Below, one piece after another: positions 1 to 13,301 of a stretch of DNA of 64,000 bases. Positions within the stretch are counted from its first letter, which is position 1. The number at the start of each line of letters is the position of its first letter. Made by a program: the position numbers and the translations under genes. Where the stretch lies: assembly GCA_028534125.1 (NCBI GenBank), contig CM052816.1:81966001-82030000 (forward strand), in the 5' to 3' direction. The notes beneath the pieces are model-generated. The model ran no database searches and was not told the DNA's origin. It saw only the letters and a list, made by a program, of their open reading frames with translations. Source of the DNA: Lama glama (Eukaryota).

Positions 1-530
1 AACCCCCTATTCCTGGGCACCTAAGTTGCTTCCAGATTTTTGTTATAACTAGTAATTCTGCATTGAATTTGTATATGTGTGCATAACAGTACATACATAT
101 ATATGTATTTATCTTTGAATGTGTCCATGTAATTTCTTTTGGTATGCACATTTTAAAGGCTTTTGATACATGTGGTAAGTTGCCTTCCAGAGGGCTGTAA
201 AATTTGCACTCTGACCAGGAGTATTTGAGAGTGCCCCTTTCTTCGTTCTGGTTATACTAGTTTAAAAAAAACGGTCAATTTGGTAGGAAAAAAAAATAGC
301 TACTATTTAGTTCAGTTTTCTGTTTATTTTGGTTTCTAGCAAAAATTGATATTTTAAATGCTTACTCACCTTTAAAGTTTTTCTTTGATAATTTAGGCCT
401 ATTAATATCCTGTGTCTAATTTTCTTTTGTGGCATTTGTCCTTTTTTATTGATTCTTTGCTATAATTATTACAAATATTTCCCATTCATTTTGTTTCTTA
501 ATTTTTTGCTTAAAAATTGGTTTCTGTTGG
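1..530 (-). mobile_element. Old L1 (L1M-type) fragment
   Basis: Degenerate antisense L1 motifs (gttgcttccagatttttgttata; ttgccttccagagggctgtaaaatttgcactctgaccaggagtatttgagagtgccc). Confidence 0.6.
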
Positions 531-1254
531 TTACTTTTGAAGTAAAAATATAAAAACCAAAAGCAGAGAATTAATAGATAACTAGTTTTCTCTAATGAAG
601 AACGTGCTGTTTTATATATAAAAATTTTTTTCTCTATGTTGTTTCATAAAATATATATTGGCATCTTATCAGGATAAAGTTTTCTAAAAGTGGAGAATTA
701 AAATACATCTATGTAGAGAAGCAAAGTAATCTATTTAAACAAAGCTGTTGTTTTAAAAAGGCTGCCAAATTGTTTAATAGCCTTGATTCATAAAAATAAA
801 AACTCTGGATCAACTTTTTGTAGCATGACAGTAACATCTGCACAAACAAAATGTTGCTATTTGCAAATCAAACATTTCAGCCAATACTGATTATTTTAAA
901 TCTAGAAAGTGAAAGTGTTTAATAAAAATGTTTTTAAACAAACTTATTAAAAACTGAAACACATAGTTTTTACTGTTACATTGTTAAGCCACATAAATAC
1001 TGTTAAATTAATTTTAAAAGAAATATATGAGTCATAGCACTGTAAGAGTATTACTGTGAATTTAATTTTTCTTCTTTAAACAGTTGCATAAATTTACATT
1101 TCTTCTATCAGTTTTATGGTTGGATCAGAGGATGGGTGGGGGTGATGGTGATGGTGATGGGAGGTATACCTTTCCATCTTGGTAGGTCTGCTTAAAGAGT
1201 CCCATGGTTTTCTGTGAACACTTTGGGAACACTCTCACCCGGGGGCTTTCTTCC

Positions 1255-1435
1255 ATGGCATGGTTAAATTTCCTGAAATTCTAGGAACAGTTGGACAGCT
1301 TATAAAAATATAAGAATGCCCTGATCAACCCCATCCCATATACTCTAGGTAATGGGGCTTAAAGATCCATAGTTTCCAAAAAAAAATCCCCAGTTGCTTC
1401 TGATTCACTCCTTGCTTGTTTTTGAGCCAGTGGCA
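1255..1435. mobile_element. MER5-like hAT-Charlie MITE, degenerate
   Basis: Resembles the MER5 body (...ccccagttgcttctgattcac...tttgagccagtgg). Confidence 0.45.
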
Positions 1436-3722
1436 TAGAAGGTATTTGCTCCATTACCATGTTCATCATTCAGCTCAGTTGCTGAGGGACTGCTACGTGA
1501 GCCAGGTGCTAGTGAAGTATATAGATTATATATGATGCTTGTCCAGCTGCAAACACACGGCATATCCATATGAAAGGAATCTGTGATGAATTATTGAATC
1601 AATGGGCCAATCTGTAAAAAAGTCAGTCAGGAAAGCTTGTAGTTTCAGGTGAGATCACCAGGCTGCCAGGCTTCATAAACACTCTACTGAGGTCTTTAAG
1701 GAATCAAGTATAAATTATTGGCATGATTGAATGTACACACTTGAGATGGTATATGGCCAGTTTGGAAGATAATGAGGAAACCACAGATTGGTCAGGGTGG
1801 AAAGTTTCTGTTGGAAATTAATCAGAAATAAATTAGGAAAGCTAAGTTTGGGTGTCAAGCTTAGGGTCATGTTGAAGTTAATTCTTTTTTAGTGTTTGGT
1901 ATTTAGTTTTAAAGGAAAAAAATATTCTGAAAACTCTGTGTCATGAAAACATCCTTTCATTATATCCTTTTGAGAATAGGGCAGAGGAAACGTGGCATCA
2001 CATCTCATCATCAGCAGTACTTGCTTTGAAAGATTGCCCAGTGGTAAGGTTATTGGGGAATTTATTACAAATTTCAAACCATTGTGGTCACATTAAGTAC
2101 TTATTGCTGCAGAACTTAATCTCCCTCCCTAGGTACTTTGCCTCTGCCGGGGAATACATTGTTCATTGGCAAAAATGTTTTTTATTCATCTGCAAAAATG
2201 ATATGATAGGTATTAAAGAGTGTGGCCCAAGTCTAGAACTTATTTTATCCCCCCTCCTCCTGTACATTAGAGATACTAGAGATATTTCAGATCATATTTC
2301 CTCTATTGATTCTATAGCATGGTGTTTAAAATCTTGAAAACGTGAATACCTCACTAGCATTTTTTCAGTGGTGCAATTCCTCTTGTAAAAATGTATTCTG
2401 TGGCTTTGATGCATAAAATACTGGAAACAATTCTTAGACCCAAATAGCATGTTACTACTGTTGATGGGCATTTAAAAACTTTTATATTAGGTTACCTGTG
2501 ACCAAAATCTTCTCCAGTTATTAATTTTGAGAGCAGAGGTCAACTTTTCAAGATACTAGTAAACTTTTGGTTGTTAAATGACATTGAAATATTCTTTAAA
2601 ACCTAAAGTCTAAGTTGTTTTTTCACTAATGTGGGTGAATTTACACAAGCCTTGTCACTTTGTCACCTACTTGTATTTGTCAGATGGCTGACTAGGGCTG
2701 CAGTTATGGGTAGGGTAACCAGCTTGTCCCACTTGCTGGGGGCTTTCCCAGTTTCAGCATTGAAACCCCTGTATCCTGGACAAACCAGGCCACCAACCAA
2801 ACTCTCATTGTTGGGCATAGCTGCTGGGCACTGCTGGGCAACAGAATGAAGCTTGGTGGCCCCATGGGGATCAGTTCTGTAGCCTTTGGCTATAAAGCAG
2901 CTGAGCCAGAGAGCCCCACAATCCCCTAGGAAGAGTTCAGTTTCTAAGTTGGGGCTGCCCTGAACATTGAATATAAGCAAGGAGGCAGCTAAAACGTTCT
3001 CTCCGTGACTTTACTGTCTTCATGAACTTAAGCTTTCAGGATGGAAAGTATTTTACAAATAGTTCCTAATACTTTAGGAACTTAAGAAGGAGCCAGCCAT
3101 CCATTTCTTTTTTTACTAGACCTGGGGGTAAAAAAACTTATGAGGCTCTCTTAAAATTTAAAAATGGCCTACATGGACATATTAAGAGAAGCTTAACTAT
3201 TTGGTCTTTGTACCATCATACCTTTTAATTTAAAGGTATGGAATTAAAGGAATATATAAGCTACACAGAGAACTAATGGAAGAAATAATTTTAGAGGCAT
3301 CTGTCTGTGCATCTTGAGTAGAAATAAGCTATCCATTTGAAATGGGAAATTAAAGCCAAATAAGCCAGCACATCTCTTTCTAGTCATGCGGAATACTTCC
3401 TCTGTGCCTTTGGAGAGGTTACGGAAAAGTTATACCTGACTAGGTGTCCTTTCAAACATTTAATTTTTAAAGGTTTCTAGGGGATGGCAAAAAAGGACAA
3501 AATCATTGTTCATTATGCCAAATGGCACAGACTCATTTACAGGGATGACATTATAGTTTTTATATAGTATAGCTGCTATGATTAAAGGGTTTTAAATGAC
3601 GTTTTCCCTTTGGGGATGAGGCTTTCCTAGAAAAAAATCCGATTAATTTCTTTCCTACTTAGGTTAAAGTCAATACTTAAAGACTTCTTATGGGAATAAA
3701 TGGCTTTGATTTTCCTCTGTAG

Positions 3723-3847
3723 AAACCAAGCTCTGTCCGCATCGATCAACTGGATCGTGAACAGTTCAACCCCGATGTGATTACTTTTCCGATTATTGTC
3801 CACTTTGGGATACGCCCTGCACAGTTGAGTTATGCTGGAGACCCACA
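3723..3847 (+). CDS. DROSHA: DROSHA exon A (KPSSVRIDQLDREQFNPDVITFPIIVHFGIRPAQLSYAGDP-Q), central domain
   Basis: tttcctctgtag|AAACCA ... CCACA|gtaaga; 125 nt, phase 0-2. Confidence 0.98.
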
Positions 3848-5492
3848 GTAAGATATTTCTCGGTGTTTGTCTTAGCCAATTTCACCTTCTACTAACAGCT
3901 GAATTAGCAGAGGAATACCCTTCAGTGGATGTTTTCCTTTTTAAAAATTAAGACCTGAAATGAGCCCTGTTTCCAAACTTAGGTTACCAAATGAAACAAG
4001 TTTTGGTAGCTCCTGAGGAATTATTTTTTCTACATGTTTGACTGCAGGAAATTATGATTCAATAGATTATCCTTGGAAGTCTTGGTCAACATGAGTCCTA
4101 TATGTTTTTAACCTTTAAGGAACTTTTCCCTTATTTATCATTATAGTACTTATTAGTTTTTTTTGTTTTTTTCAGTGCCCTCTAGAGGAGGGTAATACCA
4201 CGTTGGTTCCTAGCACTGCCACATTTAGACAGAATTCTGTTTTGGGGGCATCTTAGTAAGAGCTCAACATCCCATGTAAAGACAAGGTTGTATTGGAAGG
4301 AGAAGCCATGACTTCTGACTCTTAGAATTGATGTTATTTTCCACATTTGGGTTTTCCGACTGGCATGCTAGTGTTTTGCTGGGAGAAAATGAAGATGTGT
4401 GGGAATGGAAATAGTACTGTTATATTCTTCAGGAGTGTTTGGATTTTCTACCTCATTAAACAAACAGACAGTTTCCTGATTTAGCTTTTTTAAAGGATTC
4501 ATAATGGGAGAAAAGGGCATGGGAGATTTTCAATTCATAAATCCATTTCTGGCTGATATATTAGAAGAGGCTAAAGGGTTCTGTTCTTTTTTTCCCCCTC
4601 TTTGGATAAAAGTATGAAGCAGTGAACCAGGCACTGTGTAAGTACTTCTTTCTTCCTCCATTCTCTAAAAACATATTATCAAAAAGGAGAGACCCAGATA
4701 AGGCTGAGAAAGGAGCAGTTTCACTATGACAGAGAAATCTTTGGCAAATCTCTTCTTGTCAGAAAAGTGTTAGTAGAATGTGATTAGGCTCTCGTGGACT
4801 CTCAGGTGGCAGGAGTGTGAATTGATGCGAGACTGGATATTCTTTTCATTCCCATGATGCTTTAACTGTACTCTTTAGACTGATCCAGATTATTTGGCTA
4901 CAAATATGCTTATTTTTGTCATGGTATATATACACTAATCGGTGTACTTCATTTGTCTTTTGTCCTCCCCAGTGGAAAAATGGATGAACGTAGCTGTGTA
5001 GTGTGGGTATTGTCACAAACGGGAGTCTCCTTCCTAACACTCTCCAACTTTTACTTTCAGTGAAGGCAGGTCAGAGACTGGCAATATCCTTATTAAGTCA
5101 GGGGTTATTCTTTCCACAAACACCAGAAAGTACATATTTAAGTAAAATATATTACTTTCAAAGAGGTAGTGGTGTGAAACCACACATTTCTATTGGTTTT
5201 TGTGTGTCTCCTTTGGAATTTTTTCCCAAAGAGATACATCTGTATAGTGACACCTCATTTTCAATCCGAATAAATCACAGTCAGCTTAAGTAACTAGGTT
5301 CCAGATGACTCTTGGTCATCCTGCTCCTCAATCACCAAATCATATCCTTCCTCAGAATGAAGGTCTGCTGCCAGTAAGGATATTCACAGGGGTGCAGTTT
5401 ATGACTGAGCATGCCTGTTAGAACACTTGGCTTTACTGCACTTTAGACTCGCCTTCTTTTTTTCTGAGATGTCTGCCTGTCCTTTTCCTTAG

Positions 5493-5592
5493 GTACCAGA
5501 AACTGTGGAAGAGTTATGTGAAGCTTCGCCACCTCCTAGCAAATAGTCCCAAAGTCAAACAAACTGACAAGCAGAAGCTGGCACAGAGGGAG
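5493..5592 (+). CDS. DROSHA: DROSHA exon B (YQKLWKSYVKLRHLLANSPKVKQTDKQKLAQRE)
   Basis: ccttttccttag|GTACCAG ... GAG|gttggt; 100 nt, phase 2-0. Confidence 0.98.
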
Positions 5593-6087
5593 GTTGGTAT
5601 CGGACCCTGATCCTCTGTAACTAATGGTGATGTGTGTCAGGTTTATTTTGATATTGTTGTTACACCACACCTGTAGAAAAACGCTTAAAAAAAATCACAC
5701 TTTACTCCCCTCCTCGCATTAGTATGCTGATTGATTTTTTTTCCTTTTTTAGTATTTAAGAGACCATTTTCCCCATAAAAAGGCCAGTTTTTAAATGGAA
5801 ATTGGGAATGAATAAAGCTTCTCTAGAAATTAAAGTTCAAAACTTGCTCGATCAGCCTTTTATCATTAATTAGACTGTACATAGTACCACTTTGAGTCTT
5901 ACTCAGATTTCTTTATCTTGAGGTTGTAAAAGATTGTCTTCTGTATATCTGTTACTTTAGTACATTGAACTTACTTTGTTAGGTTTTAGATCCCAAATTC
6001 CATGTTTCTTTATTAATGGACAATATTATCCTTGTATTCCAAGATCATTTATGTTTTAGTTTTAATTTTAAGAGTAAATGGATTCGG

Positions 6088-6139
6088 GCTGTACACCAGA
6101 AATTAACACATTGTAATTGACTATACTTCAATTTTAAAA
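6088..6139 (+). mobile_element. Extremely 5'-truncated L1 3' tail (52 nt) with 18-bp target-site duplication
   Basis: gctgtacaccagaaattaacacattgtaattgactatacttcaattttaaaa flanked by aagagtaaatggattcgg (6070-6087) and aagagtaaatagatttgg (6140-6157). Confidence 0.85.
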
Positions 6140-7051
6140 AAGAGTAAATAGATTTGGTATCAAGATAGATTTTGTCTCAGTGAGGTATTATTCTGCTGTG
6201 GTAGTGTAAACACAGTTTTGAAGCTGGGAAGGTGAATTCTGGCCTTGTCACTTTCTGTGACTCGAGCTTCATCATAAAGGAGGGAACCCAGGCTGAGAGA
6301 GGCTGACTGAAATGTCCCTCTCTTGGTGCACCCAGGGAAAAAATGCTTGAGTGGACTTTGAAATACTCTATTTAACTTCCCCCTGGTGGTATTTGACTTG
6401 TAGTAGGAACTTAATCAATAGTGATGGTGGTGGTGGCTGTTCCTGTTGTTATTATGAATTCCTATGAGGTTTTTACTGAATCAGCATACAGTATAATTTT
6501 TTTTATCATTAATTATTTGAAGGATGATGGTAAAAGGGAAGAGTCAGTTCCTATTTATATCTTGCACAAGTTTTGGATCATTGTCTTTTTTCTAATAAAA
6601 TGTACCCTTGTTGAAAGAATTTTTGTAAGGGTTTGTAAATTAGAAGGCAACTTTTAGAGTTATGTGGGCTGCTGGTTAATTTACTGATTCTCATTCTTAG
6701 ATATAAATGCTTAACATAAAGCTTGATACAAATGTAATTCTTCCATGCTGATTTCAATTCCAAATGCCACATTTTGTCTCTTTTTCAGTAAAAGGGCATT
6801 TTTTGTTAGAACTCACCAGAATGGTCGATTTGGTTTAGATCTTTTTCTTATCCATTACCAGGAAAGACTGGCTTATAACCAAGGCTTTGAGCATCCTGGC
6901 CTTCATTTTTAAAAAATGTAATTTGGCATGAAGAGGTTTGACTACCTGAATGTAATATTGAATGAATCTAGTTTATTTACTAATGCTTGATGTTTGGCTT
7001 ACTATTGCTTTAGAATTGTCAGGCTATTCATCATAATGCATTCTTTTCTAG

Positions 7052-7159
7052 GAAGCGCTCCAAAAAATACGACAGAAGAATACCATGAGACGAGAAGTAA
7101 CAGTGGAGCTGAGTAGCCAAGGATTCTGGAAAACTGGCATCCGTTCTGATGTCTGTCAG
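7052..7159 (+). CDS. DROSHA: DROSHA exon C (EALQKIRQKNTMRREVTVELSSQGFWKTGIRSDVCQ)
   Basis: ttcttttctag|GAAGCG ... CAG|gtgatg; 108 nt, phase 0-0. Confidence 0.98.
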
Positions 7160-10100
7160 GTGATGACGCTTCTGAGAACACAATTATATCCAGACATCTC
7201 TTCCTTTAAAAGGCATCTGGCACTGAAGTTTTCCTAATTCTGAGAAGTTTTGCAGAACATATTACATTGTCGCTAAATGGAACATCAACCATAAATTGTT
7301 TTCTATCATTTGGGTTTTGTTTTAGTGTCAGTTTTCACGTTGTCTTTTCTAGTTGTCTGTGTGTGTACGTGCACATGTGCATGGTGAGGGTGTGGGAGGC
7401 ACTGACTTAGCAATGCTCAGTTCTGTCTCTGCACATTGAGTAAAGGAAAGTCTGCTCTTCAAATTTGCCTGTGTATTTGAGCACATAGGTAAATCCCTGT
7501 CAAAAGAGATACTCTAGCTGTTCTCCAGGCAGACTCCTGAAGACGGTGTGTACAAACTTTCCAGACTGATGACTCAAACTTATATTGCAGAGACATAAAG
7601 GCATTAATGAACAGAAACAGTATAAATTTCATATTTGAGCGAAGCAGTAGTGTTTTTCTTTGGGTGAACTTATTAGAGGAACATTTCAACTATATATAAC
7701 AGGTTCACTAGTAAATATTTTGTTTTCCTTAAGAGGGGGAATTTTTACCAGATTAGGGATGTCCCAAAACCCAACATATTCTCTGACTCTTCACTTGATT
7801 CTCTGGTTATGATTGATACTGGTTGTGTTCCATGAGAATTACAGTAAAGCAAATGAGTACACAGGCTGGAGTCAGATAACACAATTTGCTGTGTTCAGCC
7901 ATTTGGAAGAATACTTCCAGGCTTCCACTTACCTGTTTTGATGGTAGCAGGTATTGTAAGTTCAGACATCCTTAGGTATTCATTTCATCATAAAGAGTTT
8001 TCAAGAAAAATCAATGTTGGCATTTAATTATCATATTGAACAGCGGAATTTAATCCTATCGTTAAAGATACTGCTGTGTAATTCATTTACCATGTGAAGC
8101 TAAATGTTTTTGTGTTAAGATGAACTGCTATTGATGCAGTATTGCCAGATAGTTTGAAAATAATTATCTGCAGTGTAGCCAGTACATCCACCAAGTCCTC
8201 AGTTATTTTGCCAATTGACCTTTTTATTTTTCACTGTACTTTCAGAAGTGAATGTACTTACTTAAGTACTTACTTCCATTGATTCTTTCTCAGAGCCACT
8301 TTGAGCCATATCAGCCAGGTTTTTTTGTTTGCTAGTGTTTCTCCAAAACCAACACAGCACCACAACACCAACATAAGAAATTTCTGAAGACATCATAAGA
8401 ACAAGTTCTGAGTGGAGTCTACTCCAAATCTAGTGATCTCAGTGATAAGTCAGAGTTGATTGTTCAAGAGATCATAAAATCGTAAAGAATGCAGAACTGG
8501 AAAGGACCTTAGAGTTCTTCTAGTTCAGTGGTTTTTAAACTTGCGTTTTGGGTTAACTTTGAAGTTTTTGTTTTTGTTTTGTTTTTTAAACAAAACCCTG
8601 TGGAGCCCTAATTTGTAAAAAGACAAAAAAACCACTGATTGGTTGGTGAGTGGTGGGCATGGAGGGAGAGCCCTGCTATCCCACGCTGGGTAGCAGTCCG
8701 AAGGCAGTTCTGTTCTGCTGAGCCCAGTTTTTTTTGAAGCATTGAGTTCTTTCTTTCCTTTCTTTCAGTAAAACAAATAGGGGTGCTGAGCAGTGTGTTC
8801 CCCTGCAGTTTTATGTCCTCCAGCCGTGTCACAAGTGTCTCACTCTGGCTCCTCAGCTGGATTGGAAGCAGCTTGAGGACTAGGTTATCTTCTCTCACTC
8901 TGTACATTACATTTTACATTCTGCTTTGGGGTTGGTAGGCAGAAACACTCAATCACTTCCTTTAGTAGCTGCTTGGAGAAAATGGACCTGATTAAAACTC
9001 CTGCAGAGTTGCATGCTTGATCTAATCATGGTTCCTCCATCTAGAGGACATCTCCTCTTCCAAGGACAACTGCCATCTGGTTAGAAGCCATGCTTCCATT
9101 CTCCAGTCCTCCTATTTTTTGTTAGTCATATTGGCTTATAATTATATTTCATTTCTTATCCCGGAATAAATCCCAAAATAAATGTTTTCTTTTGTGTATG
9201 TTCCTCAAATAAGATGGCAGGTGGCATATAATAATGCAATTTAAAACATTCAAAATAAATGCATTTAGTACATTTGGTAATGAAGAATAGGAGTCTGATT
9301 GGGAAACAGTAGTTAAATGAAATTATACACTGAATTCTTTGAATAACCCTGAAGCCTGTGAAAAAATAGACTCACACTTAATTTTAAAGGAAAAAGACCG
9401 ATTGCTTCTCTGAAATCCTTGAGTTGGGGCAGGGAGGAGTCCCCTTTCTTTGGTTGTTCATTGATGCAGAACCTACTTTTCATTAATAATAATTGCTAGT
9501 GGGTTACTGACAAAAGCCTTGTGATGCTGTCTGGCTGCCACTAGAGAGAAAACTGTTGTGATGAATCTAAGGCAGAGCAACCTAAGTACCAGCGTCTCAC
9601 TTTGGAAGTGTAATTCCCCAACCAGAGAAGTTAACCAAGGGTTCTTATGAGATGAGGGAGTTCTACCTGATGCCCCAGCCAATGTTAGTAAGAATGAAAA
9701 CCTAGGGGAGGTCTTGTAACCTTAATTACATGTGAGCTAAATGCAGACTTGAACCCTGTTTAGGAACTGTTGAAAGATTTTCTCGGTGTGGCTGCTTGTT
9801 AGAGTGAATTCTGGGTAATATGGAAGCAAAAGCAGGAATCAAAACCTGAAACTGAGGCTAAAAAATTCAGCATTATGACTCAGGAGAGGAAAAAGCTAAC
9901 ATGTTACTACAGTATCTGTACTTTACCTCTCTTGTTTTTTTTTTTTTTGTTGTTGTTAAGTGCTAAAAGACTGGCTAATTAATATCTGAAATCTGCTCCC
10001 TCTGTTTTGTTCCCCTGCTTTTATCTGGACTTTCTCTTTCTTTTGCCCTTTGTTGTTTCTCTCCTGCTAAATGTGGCTTTTACTCCCAGCACTTCCTTTA

Positions 10101-12174
10101 CACTGAGGTTGTACCCTGGAAGGGAACTTCAGTTTTTAATTTTGAGCATTTTTAGGACTCAGGCTTCTCCCACACTGTTAGCCTGTCCGCTTATACTCAT
10201 CCAGTGGGTTGGGTTGTGCAGAGCCCTGTCCAGCTTGGGTCACGGTTCCAGGGAATACACGTTAGTTTGCGGCTCTTCCGTTCTCAGGTCGTCATTCCAT
10301 CGGGAGCCCTGCTGCTCTCCTGTGCTTCCTCCCTGCTAGGACCACACAGGTCCTGTCTTCACCCACACTTATTTTGGCCTTGCTGGGGATACCTTGTCAT
10401 CTAGTTTTTATGCCTATATTCACAGGTCTATTTTGCTATTCTGGTTGTTCTGTTTTTAATGGAGAACCTGTATAGATTTAAAACCTGCACACTGCCCACT
10501 GCCATTTCCTCACAGTCTTCCAGAGGAGCTTTTAAAAATGAAAGCATTTTCTGGGCATGAATGGGAGTGTGGTGGGGAGATGCTCAGTGATTGTGTGTAT
10601 TTCAGCATTGCAAAGATTGATCATTTAAAAAACTGAGCTGGAGATTATAACCATCTTGTAGATAACATTGCGCCTTGTCTGTCAGGGATACAAGATGGAC
10701 GGGGGTCACATGTACCTTTCTGTGTGTTCACAAGAAACAGGCTTAGCTGGAGAGAGAAACTGGCTCTATTTGGAGTAAGTTTAGAGGAAATGGTGAAAGG
10801 CTCACTGCTGTTTCCCATGAGTAAAGGTTCAAGGAAAGAAGATTCGGGTTAGTTAAGAGAAAATACAAGGACTTTGCCATTAAATGCATTTTGTTTGTTC
10901 CCAGGGATAGAACTAAATTCAAAGGGGCAAACCTCCAAAGAGACAGATTTGGATTTAATAATTTTTTAATAGAGTCCTCTAAAGAGGGTGTTATTTTCTT
11001 AACAGGTAATGATTCATCCCTCACTGAAAGTATTAAAAAACAATTCACCAGTTTGAAGTCATACTTCAGAAAGATAGTTACACTGCATAGTCTTCCCGAT
11101 CCATCCTCCTTGAGTTTTTAGCATCAACACCCTTGAGTCCCCTGCAGCTGAAATGCCTGGAAAACTGTATTATGCTTTGGCCGCCCACTTTATTTCCGTA
11201 TTATTGCGTTTTTTAATACAGCGCTTATAAAAACAAAGGGGAAACAATGCCAGTAATTCAGATCATTATGGCATATCTCTGGGAAGCCCTTGGGGACAAA
11301 AAAAGTGTTTTCATATTTTTTTCTTTTCCACAACTATTGTAAACTTTGCACAGGGAAGTGCTCAGCATGTATTTATTGAATTGAACTGAAAGGAAAGACT
11401 TGCTGTTGATTAGAGATCCTATTTGGGAGAACTGATCTTCCTTTATGAGTTAATACAGGAAACTGATTTCTGTAGTTTGAAGCCAATCCATTATCATGTA
11501 TTTTTAAACAATTCCAGCTTAAAATACTTCAAAGACTAAAATGGTATAAAGCATATGTCAGTCATTCTGTGGGCTGTGCCCATCCTCCAGGTTCTGATGA
11601 ATAAAAATGACTCCTTTATTCCCTTGGGTTCTAGGGAAATTTTATTTGAAAAAAAGAAAGAAAAGAAAAAGATATGCTTTCTATGAAACCATCTCCCAAT
11701 AAGGAATCTATAGCCAAATGAAAAGTGATTGAAACAAAAATAAAAGTTCCATTTCCTCAGGTGACTTAACTATACTGCAATTTTATAAAAGTTGTTCTCT
11801 TAATGTTAGATTGAGTGTTAAACCTAGAATGGCCTTTCAAGATCATCTGGCTGAGAAGTTCTTACCTGCCCCGCACTAGTGATGGGCTTTAGAGGTCTGT
11901 AAACCCACTAAAATCCCATACAGTTTCTGCATGTTTGTACACATAGGCGTCTTTCTGGGGAAAGAGTCATTTTCCTTCGATTCTCAGAAGTGTCTTGACC
12001 CTGACAAAGTTTCAGAATTTGTTAGTTTTAATCTTTTCCCTTAGAATTAAAGATAGACAAGGAGGCACAGAAAGTCTTATGACTTCCTTAGAGGCTACGC
12101 TGCTGAGTAGGGATGAAGCAGGGCTATTCCTACTTGAATGGGGGCTGATGGGCCTTGTTCTCAGCAGCTTTTTA

Positions 12175-12355
12175 TATTTACTCATTTAACACTTTTAACT
12201 GTCTTTGAAAGTAGCTACACTGATTGTCCTCATTTACAGGTGAGGAAACAGAAATAGAGAGGTTAAATAATTTGCCCCGAGTCCCACGAGAAGTGAGTGA
12301 ATGAGCAGGATTTGGACCCAGGCATTCTGGTTCCAGAGACCATACCTTTAACAGC
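12175..12355 (-). mobile_element. MIR SINE
   Basis: Core catttacaggtgaggaaacagaaatagagaggttaaataatttgccc...gcaggatttggacccagg. Confidence 0.85.
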
Positions 12356-12533
12356 CATAGTCCATCATTCCTTGTAGAGGATTTGCCAGGATGCCATGCA
12401 GCCAGTAAACTGTTTCAAGACTGTGAGACGGAATTTGAGATGTGACAATGGTTCTTGTTTGTTACAAAATAAATGAAGTGTTCTTATATGTTTTTATAGA
12501 GTTAAAAATACTGAAATATTTTTTTTTTCCTAG

Positions 12534-12641
12534 CATGCAATGATGCTGCCTGTTTTGACCCATCATATTCGCTACCACCAATGCCTAATGCATCTGGACA
12601 AATTGATAGGATATACTTTCCAAGATCGTTGTCTGTTACAG
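12534..12641 (+). CDS. DROSHA: DROSHA exon D (HAMMLPVLTHHIRYHQCLMHLDKLIGYTFQDRCLLQ)
   Basis: tttttcctag|CATGCA ... CAG|gtaaga; 108 nt, phase 0-0; overlaps ORF 12540..12722. Confidence 0.98.
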
Positions 12642-12801
12642 GTAAGAATTACTCTCCTGTACATTGCATATAATAACAAGATAGGAGTAATTCTATCTTG
12701 CAGGTTACAAATGGAGCATTGAGATTCTCCATTTTGGGAGATGATGAGGACATTTAGAAACAGCTCTCTCCATTACTCTACTCTGATTGCCACTTTCAAG
12801 C

Positions 12802-13301
12802 NNNNNNNNNNNNNNNNNNNNNNNNNNNNNNNNNNNNNNNNNNNNNNNNNNNNNNNNNNNNNNNNNNNNNNNNNNNNNNNNNNNNNNNNNNNNNNNNNNN
12901 NNNNNNNNNNNNNNNNNNNNNNNNNNNNNNNNNNNNNNNNNNNNNNNNNNNNNNNNNNNNNNNNNNNNNNNNNNNNNNNNNNNNNNNNNNNNNNNNNNNN
13001 NNNNNNNNNNNNNNNNNNNNNNNNNNNNNNNNNNNNNNNNNNNNNNNNNNNNNNNNNNNNNNNNNNNNNNNNNNNNNNNNNNNNNNNNNNNNNNNNNNNN
13101 NNNNNNNNNNNNNNNNNNNNNNNNNNNNNNNNNNNNNNNNNNNNNNNNNNNNNNNNNNNNNNNNNNNNNNNNNNNNNNNNNNNNNNNNNNNNNNNNNNNN
13201 NNNNNNNNNNNNNNNNNNNNNNNNNNNNNNNNNNNNNNNNNNNNNNNNNNNNNNNNNNNNNNNNNNNNNNNNNNNNNNNNNNNNNNNNNNNNNNNNNNNN
13301 N
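12802..13301. other. Assembly gap, exactly 500 N
   Basis: N run; flanks 12603-12801 and 13302-13500 are identical (199 bp). Confidence 0.99.

Noticed and set aside
3645..3722. Alternative acceptor 60 nt upstream of exon A as an in-frame 20-aa extension
   Set aside because: The extension reads V-K-V-N-T-TAA, so it cannot extend the protein; no other support.
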